This document shows positions 1-11,510 of a DNA stretch of 64,000 bases, piece by piece. The stretch is taken from positions 1,568,001 to 1,632,000 of the forward strand of contig OZ219791.1 in assembly GCA_964291215.2 (NCBI GenBank). The letters run 5' to 3'. The position numbers and the translations under genes are program-made. Under the pieces are notes generated by a model. The model ran no database searches and was not told the origin of the DNA. It worked only from the letters and a program-made list of their open reading frames with translations. Source of the DNA: Alphaproteobacteria bacterium. Lineage in GTDB: Bacteria; Pseudomonadota; Alphaproteobacteria; MPNO01; UBA830. The stretch's first letter is position 1, and every line of letters starts with the position of its first letter.

Positions 1-559
1 GCTGGGTCGAGACATCGGTCGCGCAGCCGATGCGGTCCGGTGCCTTCACCATCCCCCTGTAGATGCCGAGATTGTAGCTTCGGTCCTCGGGGTCGCGGGT
101 TATCCAGACCGCACCGGTGAGGAACGGCGCCGGATCAAAGCCGGGCGTCGAGACAAGGTGCGGAAATATGTCGATCCCCGCGCCGAAGCTGTCGCCGGCC
201 AGGACGACCTCCTTGACCGCCGCTTCGGCGCGGGGCACCTCTTCGGGCGGCAGATGGTTGCCGTGGGCAGCGGCCCACTTCCCGCCGATACCGTCGGGCC
301 CGGTTCCGAGCGCGGCGCCGTAGATCGCCCGCGATGCGCCGAGCGAGCCGATGGCGACCGAGGCATCGAAATCGCGGCCTCTGGAATCGGTGACGTTGGT
401 GAACAGGAAGGCCTTGCGCTGCGCCTCCGGAAGGCCCCTGAACTGCAGGCGAACCAGCGGGACCAGCTCCGTGTCCTTGCAGATCCGGCTGTCGATCACC
501 TGCAGCAGGCCGCGATCGCGCAGCGTGTCGAGATAGTCCCGCAGATTGCGGTAGGCCAT
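1..559 (-). CDS. UbiD-family (prFMN-dependent) decarboxylase, N-terminal part (runs off the window start)
   Basis: Own translation from ATG at 559: MAYRNLRDYLDTLRDRGLLQVIDSRICKDTELVPLVRLQFRGLPEAQRKAFLFTNV...TRDPEDRSYNLGIYRG. N-terminus and NxGxYR motif are typical of UbiD. Not in the ORF track. Confidence 0.8.
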   Translation of the reverse strand, partial: MAYRNLRDYLDTLRDRGLLQVIDSRICKDTELVPLVRLQFRGLPEAQRKAFLFTNVTDSRGRDFDASVAIGSLGASRAIYGAALGTGPDGIGGKWAAAHGNHLPPEEVPRAEAAVKEVVLAGDSFGAGIDIFPHLVSTPGFDPAPFLTGAVWITRDPEDRSYNLGIYRGMVKAPDRIGCATDVSTQ

Positions 560-566
560 AGCGGTG

Positions 567-1577
567 TCAGGCCCGAAGGCGGGGATAGACGCGCCGCGCG
601 TTATCCTCGAAGACCTGCCTGCGTCCGTCGTCGTCGAGATTGGGCGTGGCTTCGATATAGCGCCGGGTGTGATCGTAGTGAAAGCCGGTCTCCGGATCGA
701 TACCGCGCACGGCGCCGACCATCTCGGAGGCGAACAGGATGTTCCGGGTCGGGATTACCCGGGTGAGCAGGTCTATGCCGGGCTGATGGTAGACGCAAGT
801 GTCGAAATAGACGTTCTCAAGCAGCAGCACGTCGAGCGGCGGCCGCCCCATGTCCTGTGCCAGGCCGCGGTACCGTCCCCAGTGGAACGGTACGGCGCCG
901 CCGCCATGAGGGATGACGAAGCGGAGCGTCGGAAAGTCCGTGAACAGGTCCGACATCAGGAACTGCATGAAGACCGTCGTGTCGCCGCACAGATAATGGG
1001 AGCCGGTATGGTGGAAGTTCGGGTTGCAGGATCCGCTGACGTGGATCATCGCCGGCACGTCGAGCTCGACGAGCTTCTCGTACAGCGGATACCACCAGCG
1101 GTCGGTCATCGGCGGATCGGTCCACATGGCACCCGAGGGGTCCGGATTGAGGTTGCAGCCGATGAAGCCCATCTCGTTGACGCAGCGCTCAAGCTCGGGG
1201 ATGGATTTCACGGGCTCGACGCCGGGATATTGCGGCAGCTGGCACACCGGCACGAAGTTCTCCGGATAGAGGTTGCAGACCCTGCGCACCATGTCATTGC
1301 ATATCCGGGCCCAGTAATAGGCTGTCTGCTCAGTGCCGAGATGATGGCCCATGCCCACGGCGCGCGGTGAGAAGATGGTCATGTCGATGCCGCGCTCGCG
1401 CATGAAACTGAGCTGTGCGGGCTCCAGCCTCTCGCGGATCTGGTCGTCGGTGATCTCGAAATCCGCCGGCGACGGAACGTAGGACGGATCGCTCTGAAGC
1501 GCCGCGAGCTGCTCCGACCGGTAACCGACCAGCGCTTCCGGCTCGGTCGTGTAGTGCCCGTGGCAGTCTATGATCAT
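567..1577 (-). CDS. ligJ: Amidohydrolase-2 family, 4-oxalomesaconate hydratase (LigJ-like)
   Basis: MIIDCHGHYTT, IFSPRA, CQLPQ, NLNPDPSG, IPHGGGAVPFHWGRYRG, FDTCVYHQPG, LFASEMVGAVRG motifs. Confidence 0.85.
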   Translation of the reverse strand: MIIDCHGHYTTEPEALVGYRSEQLAALQSDPSYVPSPADFEITDDQIRERLEPAQLSFMRERGIDMTIFSPRAVGMGHHLGTEQTAYYWARICNDMVRRVCNLYPENFVPVCQLPQYPGVEPVKSIPELERCVNEMGFIGCNLNPDPSGAMWTDPPMTDRWWYPLYEKLVELDVPAMIHVSGSCNPNFHHTGSHYLCGDTTVFMQFLMSDLFTDFPTLRFVIPHGGGAVPFHWGRYRGLAQDMGRPPLDVLLLENVYFDTCVYHQPGIDLLTRVIPTRNILFASEMVGAVRGIDPETGFHYDHTRRYIEATPNLDDDGRRQVFEDNARRVYPRLRA

Positions 1578-1635
1578 GGAGCCGCACTCCCTTCTTCGCC
1601 CGAGCCCGACGCACCGTCCGGCGCGGCGCCGGACG

Positions 1636-3027
1636 CTATTTCTTCAGGGTTCTCAGTACCTCGTCAATGCTGTCCTTGGCATCCCCGAACAGCATGAGGG
1701 TGTTCTCCTTGTGGAACAGCGGATTGTCGACGCCGGCGTAGCCGGTCGCCATCGAGCGTTTGAGCACGACGGCGGTCTGCGCCTTCCACACCTCCAGCAC
1801 CGGCATCCCGGCGATCGGGCTTTCCGGATCCTCCTGGGCGCCCGGGTTGACGATGTCGTTCGCGCCGATCACCAGCGCGACATCGGTATCCGGAAAATCG
1901 TCATTGAGATCGTCCATCTCGAAGACGATGTCGTAGGGCACCTTGGACTCGGCAAGGAGCACGTTCATATGCCCCGGCAGGCGGCCGGCAACCGGGTGAA
2001 TCCCGAAGCGGACATTGACGCCGGCGGCGCGGAGAAAGCTCGTGACCTCGCTGACGGCCTGCTGCGCCTGGGCTACCGCCATGCCGTAGCCCGGCACGAT
2101 GATGACGTTCCGTGCATCGAGCAGCATCGCCGCCGTCTCCTCGACCGTCGTCGCAACGACCTTGCCCTCGGCGGCAGCAGCCGCAGTGCCGCCCGCAACC
2201 CCGAACCCGCCGAGGATCACCCCGAGGAAATGGCGGTTCATGGCGCGGCACATGATGTAGCTGAGGATCGCCCCGCTCGAGCCCACGAGCGCGCCGACCA
2301 CGATCAGGAGATCGTTCGAGAGCATGAATCCCGTCGCCGCCGCGGCCCATCCCGAGTAGCTGTTCAACATCGAGACGACCACCGGCATGTCGGCACCGCC
2401 GATCGCCATGACAAGATGCGCCCCGATCGTGAACGCGATCGCCGTCATGGCGAGGAGCGGGATCACCCCGGCCCCGTGATCGGCCGCGCCGAGAAACTCG
2501 TATCCGAGCCAGAGGCACACGGCGATGCCGACAAGGTTGAGGGCATGGCGCGCCGGCAGCAGCAGCGGCCGCCCGGAGATGCTGCCCTGGAGCTTGCCGA
2601 AGGCGATGACCGAGCCGGTAAAGGTGATCGCGCCGATGAAGACGCCGAGGAAGATCTCGATCTCATGAATTGTCTTCTCGACATCGACGAAGGCGGCCCG
2701 CGGATCGACATAGCTTGCTATGCCGACGAGGACCGCGGCGAGGCCCACGAAGCTGTGCAGGATCGCGACCAGCTGCGGCATCTGCGTCATGGCGACGCGC
2801 GACGCCACCAGTATTCCGATCGCCGCACCGATCACGACCGCCGCGACCAGGACCGTGTAGTCGTCGATGTTGACCGCAAAGACGGTCGCGGCAACCGCGA
2901 TCGCCATTCCGACGATGCCGTAGACGTTCCCTCGCCTCGCCGTCTCCTGGTGGCTGAGACCGCCGAGGCTGAGAATAAACAGTATGCTCGCGCCGATATA
3001 GGCGACGGTGACGAGTCCGGCGGTCAT
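1636..3027 (-). CDS. pntB: NAD(P) transhydrogenase beta subunit
   Basis: [71 protein letters not shown]. Confidence 0.97.
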   Translation of the reverse strand: MTAGLVTVAYIGASILFILSLGGLSHQETARRGNVYGIVGMAIAVAATVFAVNIDDYTVLVAAVVIGAAIGILVASRVAMTQMPQLVAILHSFVGLAAVLVGIASYVDPRAAFVDVEKTIHEIEIFLGVFIGAITFTGSVIAFGKLQGSISGRPLLLPARHALNLVGIAVCLWLGYEFLGAADHGAGVIPLLAMTAIAFTIGAHLVMAIGGADMPVVVSMLNSYSGWAAAATGFMLSNDLLIVVGALVGSSGAILSYIMCRAMNRHFLGVILGGFGVAGGTAAAAAEGKVVATTVEETAAMLLDARNVIIVPGYGMAVAQAQQAVSEVTSFLRAAGVNVRFGIHPVAGRLPGHMNVLLAESKVPYDIVFEMDDLNDDFPDTDVALVIGANDIVNPGAQEDPESPIAGMPVLEVWKAQTAVVLKRSMATGYAGVDNPLFHKENTLMLFGDAKDSIDEVLRTLKK

Positions 3028-3037
3028 GTCAGCCCTT

Positions 3038-4597
3038 TCAGCTCCTGCGGAACATGCGAAGCATGCGCTGGGTCACCAGGAAGCCGCCGGCAATGTTGAT
3101 GGTAGCGATCAGCACTGCGATGGCAGCGAGGACGACAACCAGCCCCGACGGATTCGAGATCTGCAGGAGTGCGCCGATGACGATGATTCCGCTGATCGCG
3201 TTGGTCACGCTCATAAGAGGCGTGTGAAGCGCCGGCGTCACGTTCCATATGACCTGCCAGCCGACGAAGCAGGCCAGCACGAACACGGTCAGGTGGCCCA
3301 TGAAGCTCGGCGGCGCGACAATGCCGAGGCCGAGCAGCGCAAGCCCGCCCGCGACGAGCACCGCGGCCGAACGGTAACCGGGACGGCGCGGGGCGGCGGG
3401 CTCCTTCGGCGACGGCGTGGCCGCGGCGGGCTCTGGAGGAGCGGACGGCGGCGCCTGGGGCGGTGGCGGCGGCGACACGACTTCGCCCGCCTTCACGAGG
3501 GTGACGTGCCGGGTCACCTCGTCTTCCATGTCGAGAACCACGGCACCGTCGCCGGAGGGGGCGAGTTCGGACAGCAGATGGAACAGGTTCATGCCATAGA
3601 GTTGGCTCGCCTGGTTCGCCATACGGCTCGGAAGATCGGTGTAACCGATCACGGTAACTCCGTGTTCGACCACCTGCCGGTCGGGTTCGGTAAGTTCGCA
3701 GTTCCCGCCCTGCTCGGCCGCGAGGTCGACGACGACGGAGCCCGGGTGCATGGTTTCGACCATCTCGGAGGTGATGAGCACGGGCGCCTTCTGGCCAGGA
3801 ATAAGCGCGGTGGTAATGATGATGTCGACCTTCTTCGCCTGTGCCGCGAACAGCGCCATCTCGGCCTTGATGAAGGCCTCGCTCATCACCTTGGCGTAGC
3901 CGCCGGCCCCCGCGCCCTCCTCCTCGATCTCGACCTCGAGAAACTCGGCGCCCATGCTCTCGATCTGCTGGCGAACCTCGGACCGGGTGTCGAAGGCGCG
4001 CACCACCGCACCCATCGAGCGCGCCGCCCCGATGGCGGCAAGCCCGGCAACGCCAGCCCCGATCACGAGCACGCGCGCCGGCGGCACCTTGCCGGCGGCG
4101 GTGATCTGACCGGTGAAGAAGCGCCCGAAGCTGTTCGCCGCCTCGAGAACCGCACGATAGCCCGCAATATTGGCCATCGACGACAGAGCATCGAGTTTCT
4201 GGGCCCGGGAGATACGGGGCACCGCGTCCATGGCGATCACCGTCGCCTGCCGCTCCTTCAGCCGTGCGATCACCTCGCCATGCTGCGTCGGAAAGATCAA
4301 GCCGATCAGGGTCGCGCCCGTCGGCAGGAGATCGGCCTCGTGCTCGCCCAGATCGGAATGCATCTCGGGCGGGCGCACCTTGAGAATGATGTCGGATCCG
4401 GCCCACAGCGCTCTCGTGTCCTCGACCACCGCGACGCCGGCAGCGCGATAGGCGTTGTCATCGAACCCCGCCGCGGCCCCCGCCCCCCGTTCGATACAGA
4501 GATCGAATCCCAGCTTGCCGATGCGTGCGGCGGTATCGGGTGTAAGCGCGACCCGTCTTTCCCCAGCATGAATTTCTCTGGGAACGCCAATTTTCAT
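3038..4597 (-). CDS. pntA: NAD(P) transhydrogenase alpha subunit (unsplit)
   Basis: [60 protein letters not shown]. Confidence 0.97.
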   Translation of the reverse strand: MKIGVPREIHAGERRVALTPDTAARIGKLGFDLCIERGAGAAAGFDDNAYRAAGVAVVEDTRALWAGSDIILKVRPPEMHSDLGEHEADLLPTGATLIGLIFPTQHGEVIARLKERQATVIAMDAVPRISRAQKLDALSSMANIAGYRAVLEAANSFGRFFTGQITAAGKVPPARVLVIGAGVAGLAAIGAARSMGAVVRAFDTRSEVRQQIESMGAEFLEVEIEEEGAGAGGYAKVMSEAFIKAEMALFAAQAKKVDIIITTALIPGQKAPVLITSEMVETMHPGSVVVDLAAEQGGNCELTEPDRQVVEHGVTVIGYTDLPSRMANQASQLYGMNLFHLLSELAPSGDGAVVLDMEDEVTRHVTLVKAGEVVSPPPPPQAPPSAPPEPAAATPSPKEPAAPRRPGYRSAAVLVAGGLALLGLGIVAPPSFMGHLTVFVLACFVGWQVIWNVTPALHTPLMSVTNAISGIIVIGALLQISNPSGLVVVLAAIAVLIATINIAGGFLVTQRMLRMFRRS

Positions 4598-4793
4598 CTG
4601 CGGAATTTCCCCGGAAGGACTCTGGCCATGTCCACGTTTCGGACTGACGATGTCCGGCAGGGTTCACCGAAATCGCGGCCAGATGAAAGTCCAAACTAAC
4701 CTATTGGCTTGCGGGATTCGATACAAGGTGAAGTGAGTCGGAAAATGCCGCCTTCGCCATAATCGACGCCCGCCACAGGGCTCTCGTCGATGC

Positions 4794-5348
4794 TCAGCGG
4801 TCAAGCGGCTCCGGATCGCCCTCGGGCGCTTCGACATCGAAGGCGGTAATGACCACCGACACCGCATGGTAAAAGCCGATCAGCGTGACCAGCTCGACCA
4901 TGCCATCCTCGCCGAATTCGCGCTGGCCGCGCGCAAAGCTGTCGTCGCCGAGCCTCCGAGTGTCGACAAGCTCGCGCACGAGATTGTAGACCAGCTCCTC
5001 GTCGTCCCTGAGATGCCGTGGCATGCGGCGGCGGCGGATATCGTCGATCGCGCGCTCGTCGATGCCGTAGCCGGCGGCGCGCGGCGCGTGGATGAACCAT
5101 TCATACTGCGCCGTGAAGCCACGGGCGATAACGATGATCGCAAGCTCCTTGAGGCGCAACGGGATGCGCGATGTCGACTCGGAGAGCGAGAGGTCGACGA
5201 GATTGGCAAACGGCTCAGCAAGTTCGGGAGTCCGCAAAAGGACAGCGAACGGTCCGCGGACCGGCGCCTTGCGCTGTGCCGAGATCAGCTCCGATACACG
5301 CTTCTGGTCGGGTGATTGCCTTTCGGCCGGTATCGGATCGACGCGCAT
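4794..5348 (-). CDS. Carboxymuconolactone decarboxylase/AhpD-like family protein
   Basis: RGPFAVLLRTPELA, RLKELAIIVIAR..AQYEWFIH, GMVELVTLIGFY; start taken at MRVDPIP. Confidence 0.8.
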   Translation of the reverse strand: MRVDPIPAERQSPDQKRVSELISAQRKAPVRGPFAVLLRTPELAEPFANLVDLSLSESTSRIPLRLKELAIIVIARGFTAQYEWFIHAPRAAGYGIDERAIDDIRRRRMPRHLRDDEELVYNLVRELVDTRRLGDDSFARGQREFGEDGMVELVTLIGFYHAVSVVITAFDVEAPEGDPEPLDR

Positions 5349-5462
5349 AAGTCCTGCCCCTCCATCTGGCGGCCTCATGACGTTCCGGACGGGACACCCG
5401 GCGCCGGCGGCCACTGCACCTCAACATGCCGCCGCGGCCGCGCACAATCAAGGCGGCTGGGC

Positions 5463-6266
5463 TCAGTGCGACAGTATCTGGCTGAGGAACAGCTGCGTGC
5501 GCTCGTTGCGCGGGTTGTTGAAGAACGCCTCTGGCGCGTTCTCCTCCACGATCTGGCCCTCATCCATGAAGATGACGCGATCGGCGACGCGGTTGGCAAA
5601 GCCCATCTCGTGAGTGACCACGAGCATTGTCATGCCGGTACCGGCAAGCTCGATCATGGTATCGAGAACTTCCTTGATCATCTCGGGGTCGAGCGCCGAT
5701 GTCGGCTCGTCGAACAGCATGATCCTCGGCTGCATGCAAAGCGCGCGGGCGATCGCGACACGCTGCTGCTGGCCGCCGGACAGCTGCCCGGGATACTTGT
5801 CCGCCTGTTCCGGAATCTGCACCCGCTCGAGATACTGGCGGGCGATGTCCTCGGCCTCGCGCTTCGGCATCCGGCGCACCCAGATCGGTGCCAGCGTGCA
5901 ATTCTCGAGCACGGTGAGGTGCGGGAACAGGTTGAAGTGCTGAAACACCATGCCGACCTCCGAGCGAATCCGCTCGATGTTCTTGAGATCGCGGGTGAGT
6001 TCGACGCCGTCGACGACGATCCTGCCCTGCTGGTGGCTTTCCAGCCGGTTGATGCACCGGATGAGGGTGGATTTCCCGGATCCCGACGGCCCGCAGATGA
6101 CGATGCGCTCGCCAACCATGACGCTGAGATTGATCTCCTTGAGCACATGAAAGGCGCCGAACCACTTGTTCATGCCCTCGATCTCGATCATCGCCTGCGA
6201 CCGGTCGATAGCGGAATCCATAGGAACGCCGGCCGCACGGGCCTCGGTTGGCGGAATCTCGGTCAT
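5463..6266 (-). CDS. aapP: General L-amino-acid ABC transporter ATP-binding protein
   Basis: [37 protein letters not shown]; last gene of the operon. Confidence 0.9.
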   Translation of the reverse strand: MTEIPPTEARAAGVPMDSAIDRSQAMIEIEGMNKWFGAFHVLKEINLSVMVGERIVICGPSGSGKSTLIRCINRLESHQQGRIVVDGVELTRDLKNIERIRSEVGMVFQHFNLFPHLTVLENCTLAPIWVRRMPKREAEDIARQYLERVQIPEQADKYPGQLSGGQQQRVAIARALCMQPRIMLFDEPTSALDPEMIKEVLDTMIELAGTGMTMLVVTHEMGFANRVADRVIFMDEGQIVEENAPEAFFNNPRNERTQLFLSQILSH

Positions 6267-6276
6267 GGCTCCTCCA

Positions 6277-7380
6277 TCACCGGTCTCCGGTGCTCAGGCG
6301 CTTCTCCAGCCACAGCGAGTATCGCGACATGGCAAAGCAACTGAGGAAGAAAAACAGGGCGATGAACAGATAGGTCTCGTTGGAAAGGCCGTTCCACTTG
6401 GCATCGGCGAGGATCGCCCGGGTCACGCCGAGCGGATCGAGAAGGCCAATGATCACGACCAGGGTGCTGTCCTTGTAGAGGCCGATGAAGACATTGACGA
6501 TCCCCGGAATCGAGATCTTGAGCGCCTGCGGAAGCGTGATCAGCCAGGTTGTCTTCCAGTAGGACAGTCCGAGCGCGTCGGCTGCCTCATACTGGCCGCG
6601 CGACAACGCCTGCAGGCCGCCGCGCACTGCTTCGGCGATATAGGCGGCGGCGAACAGCGAGACCATGATCAGCACGCGCACGAGGAGGTTGAAACTCGTC
6701 CCCGGCGGCAGGAAATAGTTGAGCATCGTCGACGCTACGAATAGGAGCGTGATCAGCGGGACGCCCCGGAACACCTCGATGAAGGCGGTGCAAATCACGC
6801 GTATGGCAAGGATCCGCGACTGGCGTCCGAGCGCAAGTACGATCCCGATCGGCAGCGATGCGACGATTCCGGTCACCCCGAGAATCATTGTCAGGAGGAA
6901 TCCGCCATAGGTGTCGGTATGGACCACCTCAAGGCCAAGACCGCCATAGATCAGCCAGGCAGCTAGCGCCGGATAGGCCATCGAGAACCAGAACAGTGGA
7001 CGGCGCCACGGAATGCGGTCGAACAGCACCGGCGCCAGCGCCACGAAGAGGAAGACGAAAGCAAGATTGGGACGCCAGCGCTGGGCTTCGGGATAGAACC
7101 CGTAGACGAACTGGTCGATCCGCGTCAAGATCACCGCCCAGCAGGCGCCTTGCCCCAGTTCGCGACACTGCCTGCGCGAGCCGGCATCGACGACCGCGTC
7201 AAAAATGAACCAGTCGATGGCCGCACTTACCAACTCATAGATCAGCCACAGCGTGACCAGCGTCATCACGCTGTTGAACAGGGATGAGAACAGGTTGGCG
7301 CGCAGCCAGCCGACAACGCCCGTCGACCCGCGCGGCGGCGGCAGGGCGGCAAGGGGGACGAAGCGCTCGGTCGCAGCCAT
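6277..7380 (-). CDS. aapM: Amino-acid ABC transporter permease
   Basis: [36 protein letters not shown]. Confidence 0.88.
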   Translation of the reverse strand: MAATERFVPLAALPPPRGSTGVVGWLRANLFSSLFNSVMTLVTLWLIYELVSAAIDWFIFDAVVDAGSRRQCRELGQGACWAVILTRIDQFVYGFYPEAQRWRPNLAFVFLFVALAPVLFDRIPWRRPLFWFSMAYPALAAWLIYGGLGLEVVHTDTYGGFLLTMILGVTGIVASLPIGIVLALGRQSRILAIRVICTAFIEVFRGVPLITLLFVASTMLNYFLPPGTSFNLLVRVLIMVSLFAAAYIAEAVRGGLQALSRGQYEAADALGLSYWKTTWLITLPQALKISIPGIVNVFIGLYKDSTLVVIIGLLDPLGVTRAILADAKWNGLSNETYLFIALFFFLSCFAMSRYSLWLEKRLSTGDR

Positions 7381-7382
7381 GA

Positions 7383-8564
7383 TCAGCGCTCCACCAGCCG
7401 GACGCGCTCGTTGTACCAGTTCATGAACAGCGAAATGGCGAGCGAGAGCGCGAGGAAGATCAGCATCACGAGCATCATGGTTTCCATCTCGCGGCCAGTC
7501 TGGTTGAGGGTGATGCCGCCCAGCGTCGCGACGAGGTCCATGTAGCCGATGGCGATGGCAAGCGACGAGTTCTTCGTCAGGTCAAGATAGGACGATGTGA
7601 GCGGGGGGATGATGACCCGGAGCGCCTGCGGCAGAATCACGAGAGACAGCACCCGGTTGGGTCGCAGGCCGAGCGACTGCGCGGCCTCGGTCTGGCCGCG
7701 ATCGATGGCAAGAATTCCGGCGCGCACGTTCTCGGCGATGAAGCCCGAGGTGTAGAAGGCGAGCGCCCAGGTCAGCGCGACAAACTCGGGAATCAGGTAG
7801 AGGCCGCCGCTGAAATTGAACCCGCGCAGTTCCGGCACGTCGAAAGACAGCGGCGCGCCGGCGGCAGCAAAGGCGGCACCGGGAATAAGGATTATGGCCG
7901 CCGCCGAGATCCAGCCGGCCGGCAGCTGCCGCCCCGTCGCGTTCTGCACGCGGCGGGCATGGGCGAACACCGCGAAGGCGAAGGCGATACCGATCAGGAG
8001 TGCCACCGCAACGGTCCACGAACCGTCCTGAAAGACCGGGCGGGGAACGTAGAATCCGCGATTGGAGAGGAAGACGGCATCGCCGATGGTCAGCGCCTGG
8101 CGCGGGTGCGGAAACGTGTTGATGATGATGCCGTGCCAGAGAAGGATCAGCAGCAGGACCGGCGAGTTCCGCGTGAACTCGACATAGACGTAGGCCAGCC
8201 GCGAAACCAGCCAGTTGTCCGAGAGCCGCAGCGCGCCGACCACGAACCCGAGCACGGTCGCGAGAGCGATGCCGACAATGGCGACGAGGCCGGTATTGAG
8301 GAGTCCGACGAACGCGGCCCGCAGATGGGTGTCGCGGTTGCTGTACTCTATAAGGGTCTGATTGATGTCGTAGTTTGCCGGCAGTTCCCAGAGAAAGTCG
8401 AACCCAAAAGTCTTGTCGATGGCGGCAAAGTTGGCGACGACATTGCTGATCAGCCAGGCGACGACGGCAAAGAAGCCGAACACCACCAGGATCTGGATGG
8501 CGACGCCGCGGATTTCCTCGTCGCGCCACAGCAACGAAAGCCGTAGGGTTCGTGGCGGTGTCAT
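7383..8564 (-). CDS. aapQ: Amino-acid ABC transporter permease
   Basis: FGFDFL, VGLLNT, YVEFTRNSPVLL, GQTEAAQSLGL, KNSSLAIAIGY; start uncertain (8564-8579). Confidence 0.88.
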   Translation of the reverse strand: MTPPRTLRLSLLWRDEEIRGVAIQILVVFGFFAVVAWLISNVVANFAAIDKTFGFDFLWELPANYDINQTLIEYSNRDTHLRAAFVGLLNTGLVAIVGIALATVLGFVVGALRLSDNWLVSRLAYVYVEFTRNSPVLLLILLWHGIIINTFPHPRQALTIGDAVFLSNRGFYVPRPVFQDGSWTVAVALLIGIAFAFAVFAHARRVQNATGRQLPAGWISAAAIILIPGAAFAAAGAPLSFDVPELRGFNFSGGLYLIPEFVALTWALAFYTSGFIAENVRAGILAIDRGQTEAAQSLGLRPNRVLSLVILPQALRVIIPPLTSSYLDLTKNSSLAIAIGYMDLVATLGGITLNQTGREMETMMLVMLIFLALSLAISLFMNWYNERVRLVER

Positions 8565-8642
8565 ACCGGATGTCCGCAAACGCGATCAGCCTGCAACCGC
8601 GCCGCGGACGCGGTCAGGCTCACCGGTTGCCGGCCGGTCGGA

Positions 8643-8669
8643 GCGCCCCGCCCAGAGGGGGCGGGGCGC
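8643..8669 (-). terminator. GC-rich hairpin between aapJ and aapQ (mRNA-stabilising or partial terminator)
   Basis: Perfect 11-bp stem gcgccccgccc/gggcggggcgc, 5-nt loop, no U-tract. Confidence 0.5.
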
Positions 8670-8677
8670 GCGGGACC

Positions 8678-9697
8678 TCACCGGAAGGGCGGAGAGTAAA
8701 GCAGGCCTCCATCCGTCCACAGCGCGTTAACGCCGCGGGAAAGGCCGAGGGCCGTCTTCTCGCCGAGATTGGCCTCGAAGACCTCGCCGTAATTGCCGAC
8801 CTGGGAAAGCAGATTGACTGCCCAGTCCGGGCTCAGGCCGAGCGCCTCCCGGCCCTGGAGGTTCTCCGTGCCGAGCAGACGGTTGACTTCCGGATTGTTG
8901 GTGCGGGCGGCGGCCATCTTCTTCACGTTCTTCGAGGTCACACCGAGCTCTTCCGCCGTAATCATTGCGTTGAGCGTCCAGCGAACGATATCCGCCCACT
9001 GGTCGTCGCCCTGACGCACGGCGGGGCCGAGCGGCTCCTTGGAGATGATCTCGGGCAGAACCAAATGATCGTCAGGATTGTCGAACGTGGCGCGAGTTGC
9101 CGCGAGACCGGAGGCGTCCGTGGTATAGGCGTCGCAGCGCCCGGCTAGATAGTTGATCCGGGCCTCGGGGTTGGTCTCGATCGGAACCGGCTCGTAATTC
9201 ATCTTGTTGACGCGGAAAAAGTCGGCGAGATTGAGTTCGGTCGTCGTTCCGGTCTGAATGCACACCGAAGCGCCGCCGAGTTCCTTCGCGGACTTGACGC
9301 CGAGTTTCTTGTTCACGATGAAGCCTTGGCCGTCGTAGTAGTTGACGCCGACGAAGGTCAGCTGCAGATCGACATCGCGGCTGAACGTCCAGGTCGTGTT
9401 GCGCGACAGCATGTCGATCTCGCCGGAGCGCAACGCGGTAAAGCGGGTCTTGCCGGTCAGGTTGGTGTACCTGATCTTGCCTGCGTCACCGAAAACGGCG
9501 GCCGCAACAGCGCGGCACAGATCGACATCGAAGCCTCGCCACACGCCCTTGTCATCGGGAGCAGCGAAGCCGACAAGTCCGGTATTGATTCCACACTGCA
9601 GGTGCCCACGCTTGCGGACGTCATCAAGCGTCCCTGCCTGCGCGGACACAGCCGCGACCACAACACCAGCCGCAACTGTCAGGATCAGTTTTTTCAT
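8678..9697 (-). CDS. aapJ: Amino-acid ABC transporter substrate-binding protein
   Basis: Signal peptide MKKLILTVAAG after RBS gaggaag; GFDVDLCRAVAAA, SRNTTWT, YYDGQGF, ISKEPLGP, GGLLYSPPFR. Confidence 0.92.
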   Translation of the reverse strand: MKKLILTVAAGVVVAAVSAQAGTLDDVRKRGHLQCGINTGLVGFAAPDDKGVWRGFDVDLCRAVAAAVFGDAGKIRYTNLTGKTRFTALRSGEIDMLSRNTTWTFSRDVDLQLTFVGVNYYDGQGFIVNKKLGVKSAKELGGASVCIQTGTTTELNLADFFRVNKMNYEPVPIETNPEARINYLAGRCDAYTTDASGLAATRATFDNPDDHLVLPEIISKEPLGPAVRQGDDQWADIVRWTLNAMITAEELGVTSKNVKKMAAARTNNPEVNRLLGTENLQGREALGLSPDWAVNLLSQVGNYGEVFEANLGEKTALGLSRGVNALWTDGGLLYSPPFR

Positions 9698-9880
9698 AAT
9701 TTCTTCCTCGCTGTAATAGGGGCTCGGCAATGCCCCCGTAAAAATGACCTCCGACGGCAGGGGCAGGGCACACCGCACCTCCCGATTCCGAAAGCGAGGC
9801 ATTCCGGTATGGCGCCGACCGTCGCACGATAACTTAATATAATGCCGCCATACCGGTTTCAAGGCAAGGCGGACCGGCAT

Positions 9881-10083
9881 CACGACGATCCCACGCTGCC
9901 AATCCAGCGGCGACCGGCGAGATTTTTCGGTCTGCGTCGCGTTCCAATCGTGCCGCCAAGGCTCAATGAGACCTTCTCGGCGCGAAAAATTGCGATCAAG
10001 GGGCGATCTGTGATGACGCCAGCCCCAACGCACTCGGATTTCGCGTATCGGAATCAGCATGGGATCGCCGTGGGATCACCGTG
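9881..10083. mobile_element. MITE family A, copy 1 (with an 11-bp duplication at the right end)
   Basis: Ends cacgacgatcccacgct / agcatgggatcgccgtgggatcaccgtg; 9-bp TSD gaccggcat/ggccggcat; colinear with copies at 12007, 19355 and 49455. Confidence 0.9.
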
Positions 10084-10376
10084 GGCCGGCATGGCCGCCG
10101 AAGCTTCCCCGGATGCAACGATTTCCGCAGGGTGAACTCAAGGTCCGGCGGCCGGATCGCAAGGCCGGTCGAGGCCCGGGGCCAGTGTGTTCCGGATACC
10201 GTGGTGCGGCACCGAGCCGCACCGCCTTGCCGACAACCTCCACCTGTCCGACGGATTCCGACCGGCAAGGACGCATCTCCGGCATGCCGGCCAATGCGAT
10301 TGATGCGCAGGCAGCGGAACAGCCGGGCAACCGCGGGGTTCGGATACCAGACGCCGCCCGGCAGCGTCCCGTACCG

Positions 10377-10994
10377 TCAGATCTGGTGGCTGAAAATGCG
10401 CCGCCCGTAGGTCCTCTCGACATGACGCCCGAACCGGAACTTGATTTCCGGTCCGTCCATGGGAGGAGCTTCGAGCCGCGCGTCTTCCGGAGTCATCGGC
10501 TTAAGTTCGAGCACGACGAAGCTGTGCCCCCCGCGATTGCCGCGAAAGGCCTGGTCAAATCCGTCGTCGAGCGCCTCCAGCGTATCGAAGGCAAAGGTGT
10601 GCTGAAGCCCCATTGCCTGTGCCATGCCGGTGTAGTCGTTCATCTGCCTGTTCGGCAGATCGATGTCTGACGTGCCACCATAGACCCGGTTGGAGACGAC
10701 GATATGGGTGAGGTTCGGCAAGTCGAGATCGCGTTCGACCATCAGCATACCTGGATTCATGCAGAAGGCGCCGTCGCCCATGAATGCCCAGACCTGAGCT
10801 TCCGGCACGCCGTAGGCGATCCCCGAACCAAACAATGTCGAAAGGCTCATCGAGGCGTCGAGATAGAAGACCTGTTCGGTATTCTTCGTGAGGTTCCACC
10901 ACATCTGGTTGGAATTGCCTGCCGACGGGATGACAAGCTCGTCGGTCCAGCGCGACACCAGATACTCGAAACCCGCCCTGAAGGGTATGGCCAC
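10377..10994 (-). CDS. TPP-binding subunit, sulfopyruvate/phosphonopyruvate decarboxylase beta-like
   Basis: GDGAFCMNPG...VVSNRVYGGT (GDG-x~25-N TPP motif). Confidence 0.8.
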   Translation of the reverse strand: MAIPFRAGFEYLVSRWTDELVIPSAGNSNQMWWNLTKNTEQVFYLDASMSLSTLFGSGIAYGVPEAQVWAFMGDGAFCMNPGMLMVERDLDLPNLTHIVVSNRVYGGTSDIDLPNRQMNDYTGMAQAMGLQHTFAFDTLEALDDGFDQAFRGNRGGHSFVVLELKPMTPEDARLEAPPMDGPEIKFRFGRHVERTYGRRIFSHQI

Positions 10995-10997
10995 GGT

Positions 10998-11510
10998 TCA
11001 GGCCTCGCCGCGCAGCACGTCGCGGGTCAGGATCGTGGCGCTCGCCCGGCTGAACGTGCGCGAATGCTCGTACATCGTCGAGATATGGCGAAGACCGTCG
11101 CGGGAATCGATTATCATGTAGGGCAGGTCGACGGCATCGAGCACCGGCAGAAGGTAAAGGCCGTTCGACACATGGTGCTTGTGGGTGTCGCCCGGCGCAC
11201 CGCGCAGCGTGATCATGAAGAACACGGGGATCTCGTATGTGTAGTTGATCTTGGTGATGGCGTAGATCAGCGTCATCATTCCCGACGCGCCCATCAGCGC
11301 GACCGATCCCACGCCCGACATGAACGCGCCGGCGCACAGCCCGACGGCCGATTCTTCGCGGTTGACCGGGACATGGCGAAACCGCTCGTCGGCATCGAAG
11401 CCCCTGATCACTTCCGCCAGCCAGTTGTCGGGCAGACTGGCAACGAGTTCGATGCCGCAGGCCGCCGTCCGATCGACGATGATGCCGGCAACTTCCTCTC
11501 GATCATCCAT
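10998..11510 (-). CDS. Sulfopyruvate decarboxylase alpha-subunit-like (ComD-like)
   Basis: VASLPDNWL, HVPVNREESAVGLCAGA, ITLRG. Confidence 0.8.
   Translation of the reverse strand: MDDREEVAGIIVDRTAACGIELVASLPDNWLAEVIRGFDADERFRHVPVNREESAVGLCAGAFMSGVGSVALMGASGMMTLIYAITKINYTYEIPVFFMITLRGAPGDTHKHHVSNGLYLLPVLDAVDLPYMIIDSRDGLRHISTMYEHSRTFSRASATILTRDVLRGEA

Noticed and set aside
1570-4699. Long antisense ORFs (also 22869-24542, 24974-26686, 33007-34521, 52429-54033, 56858-58807)
   Set aside because: Shadow frames opposite high-GC genes, with no recognisable motifs.
8678-10060. 460-aa extended aapJ
   Set aside because: The extension runs through a MITE; the signal peptide and RBS mark the start at 9697.
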